Assembly: GCA_049942965.1 (NCBI GenBank)
Contig: CP188088.1
Coordinates: 330,001 to 362,000, forward strand
Direction of reading: 5' to 3'
Source of the DNA: Candidatus Saccharimonadota bacterium
Lineage (GTDB): Bacteria; Pseudomonadota; Gammaproteobacteria; Enterobacterales; Enterobacteriaceae
DNA: 32,000 nucleotides
Below are positions 20,151 through 28,471 of this stretch, in pieces. Numbering within the stretch: the first letter of the stretch is position 1; each line of letters begins with the position of its first letter. The notes beneath the pieces are model-generated. The model was not told the DNA's origin. It was given only the letters and a program-made list of their open reading frames with translations, and searched no databases. Made by a program: the position numbers and the translations under genes.

Positions 20151-21440
20151 ATGAAATTATATAATTTAAAAGATAAAAGTGAAATAGTAAATTTTTCACA
20201 AGCTGTAAGATTAGGACTAGGAAAAAAACAGGGTTTGTTTTTTCCAACAGAACTACCTATTTTAAGAAAAGAAAAACTTAGAAAATTACTAAAAATGAAC
20301 TTTATAAAAAGAAGTTCAAAAATTCTTTCGATACTTATTGGAGATGAAATTAAAGAAGAATTTTTATTTAAATTTGTAAAAAAATCATTCTCTTTTCCGA
20401 TTCCAGAATTAAAAAAAGTTAAAGAAAATATTTTTTGTCTAGAACTATTTCATGGTCCGACATTAGCATTTAAAGATTTTGGTGCAAGATTCATGGCACA
20501 AATATTATCCCATTTAAATAAAAATGAGATTACAACAATACTTACTGCAACATCTGGAGATACTGGAGCAGCTGTAGCTCATGCTTTTTATAAAATTAAA
20601 AATGTTCGAGTAATAATTTTATATCCGAAAGGGAAAATTAGCAAATACCAAGAAAAATTATTTTGTACCTTAGGAAATAACATTACAACAATTGCAATAA
20701 ATGGAACATTCGATGAATGTCAAACATTAGTCAAACAAGCATTTAATGATAGTGAAATAAGAAAAAATACAGGACTTAATTCAGCAAATTCTATAAACGT
20801 GAGTAGATTATTTGCACAAATATGTTATTACTTCGAAGCATATTCTCTAATTCCAGAAGAACATAAAAATAAAGAACTAATAATATCAATTCCATGTGGA
20901 AATTTTGGAAATTTAACTGCTGGATTATTAGCCAAATCTTTAGGATTAAAAATAAAATCTTTCATTGCTGCTACTAATTCAAATGATACTATTCCGAGAT
21001 TTTTAAAAACAGGAATATGGAACCCAAAAAATACAATTTCTACTATTTCTAATGCCATGGATATCAGCCAACCCAATAATTGGGTTAGAGTTGAAGAATT
21101 ATTTAATAGAAAAAATTGGAAATTAAAAAATTTAGGTTTTGGAAGTGTTTCAGAAAAAGAAACAATATCTAGCTTAAAAGAATTAAAAAATTTAGGATAT
21201 ATATCAGAACCACACGCGTCGATTGCTTTTAATCTTTTAAATAAAAAAATAAACAAAAAACAACTTGGATTATTTTTAGGAACTGCTCATCCTGCAAAGT
21301 TTAAGGAAACAGTAGAAAATATTCTAAAAAAAAAAATCACTATACCACAGTCACTCTTAATAAGAGACAGACTACCACTTTTATCTAAAAAATTAAAATT
21401 AAACTTTGAAAAACTAAAAGAATTCTTATTAAAAAGATAA
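20151..21440 (+). CDS. thrC: Threonine synthase
   Basis: 429-aa ORF. MKLYNLKD..., the PLP-lysine region HGPTLAFKDFG, and ATSGDTGAAVAHAF. It starts 3 nt after thrB. Confidence 0.95.
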   Translation: MKLYNLKDKSEIVNFSQAVRLGLGKKQGLFFPTELPILRKEKLRKLLKMNFIKRSSKILSILIGDEIKEEFLFKFVKKSFSFPIPELKKVKENIFCLELFHGPTLAFKDFGARFMAQILSHLNKNEITTILTATSGDTGAAVAHAFYKIKNVRVIILYPKGKISKYQEKLFCTLGNNITTIAINGTFDECQTLVKQAFNDSEIRKNTGLNSANSINVSRLFAQICYYFEAYSLIPEEHKNKELIISIPCGNFGNLTAGLLAKSLGLKIKSFIAATNSNDTIPRFLKTGIWNPKNTISTISNAMDISQPNNWVRVEELFNRKNWKLKNLGFGSVSEKETISSLKELKNLGYISEPHASIAFNLLNKKINKKQLGLFLGTAHPAKFKETVENILKKKITIPQSLLIRDRLPLLSKKLKLNFEKLKEFLLKR

Positions 21441-21453
21441 AAAAATAATTTTT

Positions 21454-21487
21454 GAGAGAGGAAAATTTTCCTCTCTTATATTTTTTT
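21454..21487. terminator. Bidirectional rho-independent-type terminator between convergent thrC and ychF
   Basis: Perfect 22-nt palindrome agagaggaaaattttcctctct (21455-21476), equivalent to about a 9-bp stem including 4 G:C pairs. It is followed on the + strand by tata + T7 (21481-21487) and on the - strand by a T-rich stretch. The G/C-rich stem stands out in this AT-rich DNA. Confidence 0.6.
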
Positions 21488-22562
21488 ATACTTGGAACAA
21501 AAAATTTAAAATATCACCGTCTTGTACAATATAATCTTTTCCTTCAGTTCTAACTTTTCCTGTATTTTTAACTAATTTTTTGTCCTTGAGAGATACAAAA
21601 TCATTAAAACTAATAACTTTTGCTTTGATAAAACCACGAAAAAAATCGCTATGAATTTTTCTTGCAGCTTCTCTAACAGTACTATTTTTCTTTATAGTCC
21701 AAGATTTTATTTCCTTTTCTCCTACCGTAAAAAACGTATGAAGATTTAACAATTTTAATGCAGAAAAAGAAATATCCTTTATTTGATCAGAAAAAAACTG
21801 TTTTTTAAACTTATTATTTGAATTGATATAAAAACATTCATTATTATCTTTTTTTAGAAAAACAGGAAAAATCTTCTCTTTTTGATTAAAATAATTAGTA
21901 ATTTGTTCAATAAAATATATACTTTTTTTATCATTATTAATATTTGCAATATATAACATAGGTTTAATTGTTAAAAAATTAAATTCTTTAACATATAATT
22001 TTTCTTTTTCATTTAAAAAAAGTGTACTTAACATGTTCAAATTATTTAAATGTTCAAAACATTTTTCTAAAATTTTAATTTTTTTTTTGTCTACGATGAA
22101 ATTTACTTTTTTATTTGTTTTAATTTTATTTAAATTTTTTTTACAAATACTATAATCTGAAAGAATTAATTCAGAATTAATAATTTCAATATCTTTTATT
22201 GGAGATATTTTTCCATTAACATGAACAATAGAATCGTCCTCAAAACATCGAACAACATGAAAAATTGCATCAGTATTTCGAATATCAGATAAAAATTTAT
22301 TTCCTAAACCTTCTCCTTTAGAAGCTCCCTCTATTAATCCTGCTACGTCAACAAATTCTATGAAAGTATTTGTTATCTTTTTTGTAGGTACTATTTTTGC
22401 TAATTTATACAATCTAGGATCAAAAATAGCAACATTTCCAAAATTTGGAAGAATTGTACAAAAAGGATAATTTTTTGCATCGATATTTAAATTTGTCAAA
22501 GCATTAAATAATGTTGATTTCCCAACATTAGGCAATCCAATTATTCCACATTTTAAACTCAT
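21486..22562 (-). CDS. ychF: Ribosome-binding ATPase YchF
   Basis: 358-aa ORF. The P-loop is MSLKCGIIGLPNVGKSTLFNALT, and the C-terminal TGS-like region is RTEGKDYIVQDGDILNFLF. It lies downstream of pth as in E. coli. Confidence 0.93.
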   Translation of the reverse strand: MSLKCGIIGLPNVGKSTLFNALTNLNIDAKNYPFCTILPNFGNVAIFDPRLYKLAKIVPTKKITNTFIEFVDVAGLIEGASKGEGLGNKFLSDIRNTDAIFHVVRCFEDDSIVHVNGKISPIKDIEIINSELILSDYSICKKNLNKIKTNKKVNFIVDKKKIKILEKCFEHLNNLNMLSTLFLNEKEKLYVKEFNFLTIKPMLYIANINNDKKSIYFIEQITNYFNQKEKIFPVFLKKDNNECFYINSNNKFKKQFFSDQIKDISFSALKLLNLHTFFTVGEKEIKSWTIKKNSTVREAARKIHSDFFRGFIKAKVISFNDFVSLKDKKLVKNTGKVRTEGKDYIVQDGDILNFLFQV

Positions 22563-22625
22563 TTACTTTCTTACCATTATTAACTAATTTTAAATATATA
22601 TTGAGAAATACGTCTGGGCATAGAC

Positions 22626-23168
22626 TTAACTAAAAAATATTTTCTCTATCTCTAAAATGTTTTTGCTAATAGAATTAACAATTAAACGATATTCATTTTT
22701 ACTAGGTTCATCTAAAACATATTCAGACACTTGATTTTTAAATAAAGGACGACCAATTCCAATTCTAACTCGATAAAAACTAACTTTTTCTTTAAAGAAA
22801 GAAATTATACTTCTTAATCCATTATGACCTCCATGTCCATTTCCATATTTTATTTTTATGTTACCAGGAAATAAATCTATATCATCATGCACTATTAATA
22901 TTTCACTTAATTTTATTTTATAATAATAAGCAAAAGAAAAAACAGAACGTCCATTGACGTTCATATAAATATCTGGAATTAAAAATTTAATTTTTCTGTT
23001 TTTTAAAATTATATTAGAAACATATCCATAAAATTTTTTATTTTTTATAAATTTTCCTTTGTATTTATCAACTAAATTATATAACATCCAAGATCCAATA
23101 TTATGTCTGGTTTTTCCAAAATTCTTTCTTGGATTAGAAATTCCAACAACTAATTTAATTTTGAAAAT
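22626..23168 (-). CDS. pth: Peptidyl-tRNA hydrolase; N-terminus extended beyond the track ORF to a proposed non-canonical ATT start
   Basis: The track ORF (22626..23087, 153 aa) starts at the position equivalent to about residue 27 of E. coli Pth. The same frame stays open upstream and encodes ...FKIKLVVGISNPRKNFGKTRHNIGSW-MLYNLV..., collinear with E. coli [30 protein letters not shown]. No ATG, GTG or TTG occurs in this frame between the upstream stop (about 23250-23252) and 23087. An ATT at 23168-23166 sits 8 nt after AAGGA (23180-23176). Confidence 0.8.
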   Translation of the reverse strand: MFKIKLVVGISNPRKNFGKTRHNIGSWMLYNLVDKYKGKFIKNKKFYGYVSNIILKNRKIKFLIPDIYMNVNGRSVFSFAYYYKIKLSEILIVHDDIDLFPGNIKIKYGNGHGGHNGLRSIISFFKEKVSFYRVRIGIGRPLFKNQVSEYVLDEPSKNEYRLIVNSISKNILEIEKIFFS

Positions 23169-23289
23169 AAATATTTTCCTTATTTTAAATTTTAAATTAT
23201 TTAAAAATAAATTTTCTTTAAATAAAAAAAATAATTTTATTTTTATGATTTATATAAAAATTATTTTAAAGAAACCAAAACTAATTTAA

Positions 23290-23925
23290 TTACAATTCAA
23301 AACGTCTTATAGCTTCGTTCCAATTAATAACATTCCAAAAAGCTTCTATATAATGTGAACGATTATTTTGATATTTAAGATAATAAGAATGTTCCCAAAC
23401 ATCTAAACCAATAATAGGTATTCCAGGAGTTACTGATGAAACATCTTTTTTCATTATTGGATTATCTTGATTAGCTGTAGAAACAATAGATAATTTTTTT
23501 TCATTATAGTTATCCATTATTAACCAAACCCAACCTGAACCAAATCTAGATAAAGCAATGGAATGAAACTTTTGTTTAAATTCTGAAAAACTACCAAAAT
23601 TTTTTTCTAATACTTTTTTAAAATCACTAGAAATATTAGTTCCTAAAGATAATCCTTTCCAAAAAAAACTATGATTAAAATGACCTCCTAAATTATTTCT
23701 CAAAAGTTGTCTTTGTTCTAAATCATCTATTTTATTTAAATTAAATAAAATGTATTCAATTGATTTATTCGATAAATTAAAATTATTTATTGATTTTAAT
23801 ATAGAATTAGCATTATTAATATATGTTTGATGATGCTTTGTATGATGAATTATCATTGTTTTTTTATCAAAATAAGGCTCTAAAGCATCATAAGAAAAAT
23901 TTAACTCTGGTAGTTTGTAATTCAT
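23290..23925 (-). CDS. sodA: Superoxide dismutase (Mn/Fe family, SodA-like)
   Basis: 211-aa [38 protein letters not shown], and the metal ligands in [17 protein letters not shown]. Confidence 0.93.
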   Translation of the reverse strand: MNYKLPELNFSYDALEPYFDKKTMIIHHTKHHQTYINNANSILKSINNFNLSNKSIEYILFNLNKIDDLEQRQLLRNNLGGHFNHSFFWKGLSLGTNISSDFKKVLEKNFGSFSEFKQKFHSIALSRFGSGWVWLIMDNYNEKKLSIVSTANQDNPIMKKDVSSVTPGIPIIGLDVWEHSYYLKYQNNRSHYIEAFWNVINWNEAIRRFEL

Positions 23926-23956
23926 ATTAATTCTCTTCTAATAAAAATTAAATTTT

Positions 23957-23992
23957 CAGTTTTATACTGAAAACATACAGTTTAGAACTGAA
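23957..23992. promoter_or_regulatory. Two tandem copies of the dyad CAGTTT-N3-ACTGAA, 21 bp apart, upstream of sodA
   Basis: cagttttatactgaa (23957-23971) and cagtttagaactgaa (23978-23992) share 12 of 15 positions, and each contains the palindromic core CAGT-N5-ACTG. They lie 32 and 53 bp upstream of the sodA ATG (23925, - strand). Confidence 0.3.
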
Positions 23993-24161
23993 TAATATTA
24001 AACTAATAAATAAAATTATTGAAAGATATTTATATAATTTTATAATATTTTTATATTGTCATTTTATTAACAGTGTGTTAGTTTTTTAAAAAATTAAAAA
24101 ATTTAAATTTTTACAAAAAAAATACAGTTGTATCAAATTAATTGTTAATGTTTAATAAAAA

Positions 24162-24815
24162 ATGAGATTAAAGATGTTCAAAGAAAATGAAATCAATACT
24201 TTAAGAAAACGATTTCGAAATTTTTATCCTGTTGTAATCGATGTAGAAACTGCTGGGTTTAATTCAAAAACAGATGCTTTACTAGAAATTGCTGTTGTTA
24301 CTTTTAAAATGGATGAACTTGGATGGATTAAAAAAGAATCTTTATTACATTTTCATATCATTCCTTTTACTGGATCTTCTATAAAGAAAGAATCTTTAGA
24401 ATTTAATAAAATTGATCCTTTTAATCCACTTCGATCTGCTGTTAGTGAAAAAGAAGCCTTTAAAGATATAATTAAATTAATAAATAAAGGAATAAAAAAA
24501 CAAAATTGCAAAAAAGCAATCATTGTAGCTCACAATGCTACTTTTGACCATAGTTTTACTATGGCTGCTATAAAAAGATCTGGATTCAAAAATCATCCAT
24601 TTCATCCTTTCGTAACTTTTGATACAGCATCACTAAGCGGTTTAGTAGTAGGTCAAACTGTTTTAGCGAAGGCATGTAAAGCTTCAGGAATATTTTTTGA
24701 TACTAATCAAGCTCATTCAGCTTTATATGATACTCTACAAACTGCAAATTTATTTTGTAATATTGTAAACAAATGGAAAAAATTAGGAGGATGGCCTATA
24801 AATAAAAAAAAATAA
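24162..24815 (+). CDS. rnt: Ribonuclease T
   Basis: [33 protein letters not shown] matches E. coli RNase T ([31 protein letters not shown]), and the DEDDh residues in HSALYDT are present. By length alignment the start is probably the ATG at 24174 (MFKENEIN...). Confidence 0.92.
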   Translation: MRLKMFKENEINTLRKRFRNFYPVVIDVETAGFNSKTDALLEIAVVTFKMDELGWIKKESLLHFHIIPFTGSSIKKESLEFNKIDPFNPLRSAVSEKEAFKDIIKLINKGIKKQNCKKAIIVAHNATFDHSFTMAAIKRSGFKNHPFHPFVTFDTASLSGLVVGQTVLAKACKASGIFFDTNQAHSALYDTLQTANLFCNIVNKWKKLGGWPINKKK

Positions 24816-24860
24816 ACCTCCAATTAATTAAAAATAACAATTATTTAATATTTTTATTAT

Positions 24861-25184
24861 TTAAATTTTATTTCCTTTAACAGAACTTATAATTTCTTTT
24901 AATTTTCCATTTTTAAATAGTTCTATTATTATACTACAACCTCCTATTAACTCTCCAGAAATCCACAATTGAGGAAAAGTAGGCCAATTTGCATAATTTG
25001 GTAATTCTGTTCGTATATCTGGATTTTCTAATACATCAATATATGCAAATCTTGTTCCAAAACTTGATAAAATCTTTACAGCTTGTGAAGAAAAACCACA
25101 ACTCGGATGTTCTGGAGTCCCTTTCATATAAATAATAATTGGATTATTTTTTATCTGAGATTTAATTTTTTCAATAGTTTTCAT
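24861..25184 (-). CDS. grxD: Monothiol glutaredoxin (Grx4 family)
   Basis: 107-aa ORF with the CGFS active site (GTPEHPSCGFSSQAV) and WPTFPQLWISGELIGGCSI. Confidence 0.92.
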   Translation of the reverse strand: MKTIEKIKSQIKNNPIIIYMKGTPEHPSCGFSSQAVKILSSFGTRFAYIDVLENPDIRTELPNYANWPTFPQLWISGELIGGCSIIIELFKNGKLKEIISSVKGNKI

Positions 25185-25376
25185 TTTTAAAATTTTAATT
25201 GATTAATCAAAAGATTATTTAAATAATAAATAGAAAAATTGCATTTGACAACAAAAAAAAAAAAAAATAAAAATAATTCTTGTTATCAAATAATAAGAAA
25301 TTGTTCCAATATGATTAATATGTTATTATTATAACAATATTAATTGTTTAATATTAATTATTTAAAATTTAAAAAA

Positions 25377-25767
25377 GGGGCTGTTTTTGGATTTGACAAA
25401 TTAACTGGAAACTTAAGTGCATGTCGAGGAGTTCGGTTGGCCTCGTAAAAAAACCGATAAAAAATAATAGCAGCAAAAACAAAAAATTACGCTTTAGCAG
25501 CTTAAAAAACTAGTTATAGCCCTTCTTATTTATTCTAATATTTCTCTTTTAGAACAAATAAAAATTCTTTTAAGAAGGATAAATTTAAGAGAATGATTGT
25601 GAATAAATTCTGTAAATTCACATATCATATAAAAAAACAGAATTACTTATTATCTTTGATTCTGTACAAAAATAATAAGGAACAATATATACAGAATAAA
25701 CATGTAGAACTAGAGTTGAAAGTGATTTGGACACGGGTTCGAATCCCGTCAGCTCCAATATTATTTA
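25377..25767 (+). ncRNA. ssrA: tmRNA (SsrA)
   Basis: The 5' end ggggctgtttttggatttgac parallels E. coli GGGGCUGAUUCUGGAUUCGAC. The 3' end ggacacgggttcgaatcccgtcagctcca forms the T-arm and acceptor stem, including the G3:U pair. The tag ORF is gca gca aaa aca aaa aat tac gct tta gca gct taa (25470-25505) = AAKTKNYALAA*. The 3' CCA is not encoded; the next bases are ata. Confidence 0.93.
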
Positions 25768-25880
25768 TCTTAAAATATTTTAAAATTTTTTTATTAAATT
25801 GATTTTGAAAAAAAAACAAAATAAAATTTAGTAAAAAAACTATTGAAGTTTAAATTAACAAAATAAAAAACTTAAAAAAA

Positions 25881-26771
25881 TCAAACTTTTTTAGACCAAT
25901 GTAATTTTTTACTTAAAACGTCAAAATAATTATAATTTTTAGGATGTATTAATTTAATAAAATTATTACTCTTACGAATTAAAACCACATCTTTAGGATC
26001 TATAGATAAAACAACTTGACTATCACAACTAATTTTTAAGAAATTGTTATTGTCATCATCTAAAAATTTTAATAAAACCAAACTTCTATTATTTATTACA
26101 ATAGGTCTAGAAGAAAGAGTTTGAGGAAACATCGGGACTAATAGAATAGCTTCTAATGAAGAATCAAGAATAGGACCTCCGGCTGATAATGAATAACCAG
26201 TAGATCCAGTTAAAGTAGATATAATTAAACCATCTGATCTTTGAGAAAAAGCAAACTTTTCGTCAACATAAACTTCAAAATTTATCATATGTGCTACTTT
26301 TTCAGAATGTAAAACAACTTCATTAACAGCAGTACTCATTCTCAATAAAGAATACTTTCTATATATTTTTACTTCTAATACAAATCTATTTTCTAAAAAA
26401 TATTCTCCAGACAAAATTTTTGATAATTCTTCGAACATATTATTTTGATTTAAATCTGTTAAAAATCCTAATTTTCCTAAATTTATTCCAATTAACTTTA
26501 TTGAATAACGAGATAAAGTTCTAGCTGCACTAAGCATATTCCCATCTCCTCCAATAATTATAGCTAAATCACAATAGGAACCAATTTTTTTAATTGTTGC
26601 TATATTTGGTTTTTTTAAAAAAACATAAGGAACAATTGTATTTTCAATTAAGACTTTATATCCTATTTTTAATAACCAACTATATAAAATTTTATGTATT
26701 GAAAATGCTGTCAAATTTCTAGGACAGCCTAAAATTCCAATACGACTAATTTTTATTTTCTTCATATTCAA
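25881..26771 (-). CDS. nadK: NAD kinase
   Basis: 296-aa ORF with the motifs IIIGGDGNMLSAAR, NLGKLGFLTD and TGSTGYSLSAGGPI. Confidence 0.92.
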   Translation of the reverse strand: MNMKKIKISRIGILGCPRNLTAFSIHKILYSWLLKIGYKVLIENTIVPYVFLKKPNIATIKKIGSYCDLAIIIGGDGNMLSAARTLSRYSIKLIGINLGKLGFLTDLNQNNMFEELSKILSGEYFLENRFVLEVKIYRKYSLLRMSTAVNEVVLHSEKVAHMINFEVYVDEKFAFSQRSDGLIISTLTGSTGYSLSAGGPILDSSLEAILLVPMFPQTLSSRPIVINNRSLVLLKFLDDDNNNFLKISCDSQVVLSIDPKDVVLIRKSNNFIKLIHPKNYNYFDVLSKKLHWSKKV

Positions 26772-26806
26772 AAACCTTGCATTTTAAAATTCTAATAATG
26801 ATTTTT

Positions 26807-26836
26807 CTTGAAAGAACAATTGTTGTTCTCCATAAT
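26807..26836 (+). promoter_or_regulatory. Sigma32 (heat-shock)-type promoter candidate for grpE
   Basis: cttgaaa (26807-26813), a 14-nt spacer, then ctccataat (26828-26836). The E. coli sigma32 consensus is CTTGAAA-N13-15-CCCCATNT. It lies 26 nt upstream of the grpE ATG, and the SD AAGAGGAGA is at 26846-26854. E. coli grpE is sigma32-dependent. Confidence 0.5.
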
Positions 26837-26861
26837 AAAAATATTAAGAGGAGAAAATTAA

Positions 26862-27562
26862 ATGAATAAAGATAATACATTCAATGTAAATAAAAATATA
26901 AAAAATGACAAAATCACAGAAAAAAAAAAAAAAAAAATAATATTAAAAATGATATTAATTTTAAATTAAATAAAAAAAATGATTCTATAAAATCAAAATT
27001 TAAAGAAAACGATAAAACTAAAATAGAAAAAGAAAATAATAAAATCAAACAAAAAAATCAATCTAAAAATTCTGAAATTTTTGAAAAACCAGAAATTAAT
27101 TTAAAAAAAGAAATTAACAATTTAAAAAAAAAAATTTTTAATATTCAATTAAGAACTCAAGCAAATATAGAAAATTTAAAAAAAGATACACAAGAAAAAA
27201 TAAAAATAATAAAAAAACAAAAAAAAGAAGAAATTATTATTAATTTAATTCCTATTATTGATAATTTTGAAAAAATTGAAAATACACTACAAAAAAATAA
27301 AACTAAACGAAACGAAAAAATCGTTGAAGGAATATCTTTAACATTATTTAATTTAAAAAATAATTTAAAAAAAATTGGTTTAAAATCAATCAAACTACAA
27401 GATAAAATTTTTAATCCTAATTTTCACGAAACTAAAGAAAAACTAAAACTTAATAAAAATAATAAATACAAAATTGAATCAATTATAAAAAAAGGATATA
27501 TTTATAATAATAAAATATTAAGAAAATTAATTGTTTCAATTTCTAATTCTAAAAAACAATAA
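26862..27562 (+). pseudogene. grpE: grpE (nucleotide exchange factor for DnaK) interrupted by a frameshift inside an A18 tract; may still be expressed through slippage
   Basis: The ATG at 26862 with a strong SD opens MNKDNTFNVNKNIKNDKITEKKKKKIILKMILILN*, with the stop at 26967-26969. The GrpE-homologous sequence is in the +2 frame, open from 26909 to the stop at 27560-27562. It reads ...IQLRTQANIENLKKDTQEKIKII...LIPIIDNFEKIE...VEGISLTLFNLKNNLKKIGLKSI...IFNPNFHE...IIKKGYIYNNKILRKLIVSISNSKKQ*. That frame contains no ATG, GTG or TTG, which is why the ORF track does not list it. The two frames overlap at the A18 tract (26920-26937). Confidence 0.85.
26920..26937 (+). repeat. A18 homopolymer at the grpE frame junction
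   Basis: Counted directly: a at 26920, ten a at 26921-26930, seven a at 26931-26937, then t at 26938. Confidence 0.95.
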
Positions 27563-27596
27563 AAAAAAAATATAAATTAATATTATTAATTAATGA

Positions 27597-28259
27597 TTAA
27601 TTCGACCAATCAATTTCATTTTTTCCTTGAATAGTTAAAAATTTATTAGTTTTTGAAAAGTGCCGACATCCAAAAAAACCTCGATATGCTGATAAAGGAG
27701 ATGGATGCGGCGCCTCTAATATGTAATGTCTATTTCTATCAATAATTTTTCTTTTTTCTTGTGCATATTTTCCCCATAATAAAAAAACAATTCCCTTGTG
27801 ATACAAATTGATCAAATTAATAATATAATCAGTAAAAGTTTCCCAACCTATATTTGAATGAGAACCTGGTTTTCCTGCTTCAACAGTTAAAATACAGTTT
27901 AACAAAAAAACACCTTGAATAGACCATTTAGATAAACAACCACTATTTTTTAAAATAGTTGTGTTCGGAATATCATTTTTTATTTCTCTATAAATATTAT
28001 TTAATGAAGGTGGAACTAATATTCCTCTATCAACAGAAAAACATAAACCATTTGCTTGATTTAAATTATAATATGGATCCTGACCTAAAATAACTACTTT
28101 AATTTTTTCAAACGGAGTATCAAAAAAAACACGAAAAATCTTACCTTTAGGTGGATATATTATCTTTTTTAATCTTTCATTTTTAATAAAAAAAAGCAAA
28201 TCACATAACTCTTTTTTTTTAGATATAACATCTTTCCAAGATAAATTAATAAAATTCAT
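27597..28259 (-). CDS. ung: Uracil-DNA glycosylase
   Basis: 220-aa ORF with the family-1 UDG motifs VILGQDPYYNLNQANGLCFSV and APHPSPLSAYRGFFGCRHFS. Confidence 0.93.
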   Translation of the reverse strand: MNFINLSWKDVISKKKELCDLLFFIKNERLKKIIYPPKGKIFRVFFDTPFEKIKVVILGQDPYYNLNQANGLCFSVDRGILVPPSLNNIYREIKNDIPNTTILKNSGCLSKWSIQGVFLLNCILTVEAGKPGSHSNIGWETFTDYIINLINLYHKGIVFLLWGKYAQEKRKIIDRNRHYILEAPHPSPLSAYRGFFGCRHFSKTNKFLTIQGKNEIDWSN

Positions 28260-28347
28260 TTTTTAATCCCTTCAAAATCATATTAAAATTAATTTTTTAT
28301 TATTATAAAAACATTTTTTAAAAAAAAAATAATTAAAAAAAAATATG

Positions 28348-28376
28348 TTGATACTTTTATTTAAAAAAATTAAAAT
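28348..28376 (+). promoter_or_regulatory. Sigma70-type promoter candidate upstream of ahpC
   Basis: ttgata (28348-28353), a 17-nt spacer, then taaaat (28371-28376), about 95 bp upstream of the ahpC ATG. In DNA this AT-rich, -10-like hexamers are common, so only the G-containing -35 and the exact spacing lend support. Confidence 0.25.
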
Positions 28377-28471
28377 TAGTTAATTTTATATGAAAATAAA
28401 AATTATTTTAAAGAAATTTATTTTCTTTTAAATATATTTTTATATTTCAATAATTTAGGAATTAGAAAAAA

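Noticed and set aside
24786-24821. ggagg ... cctcc complementary pentamers spanning the rnt stop codon, considered as a terminator between rnt and grxD
   Set aside because: The stem is only 5 bp with a ~26-nt loop, and half of it lies within coding sequence. This is insufficient.
25245-25273. TTGACA-N17-TAAAAA (spacer containing an A15 run) about 100 bp upstream of ssrA, considered as the tmRNA promoter
   Set aside because: The -35 is perfect, but the -10 is poor and the spacer is a homopolymer. It cannot be distinguished from chance without TSS data, so it is not reported as a feature.
25593-25802. 69-aa + strand ORF
   Set aside because: It lies inside and over the 3' end of the tmRNA gene. 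The ...WTRVRIPSAPI part is simply the translated T-arm and acceptor stem.
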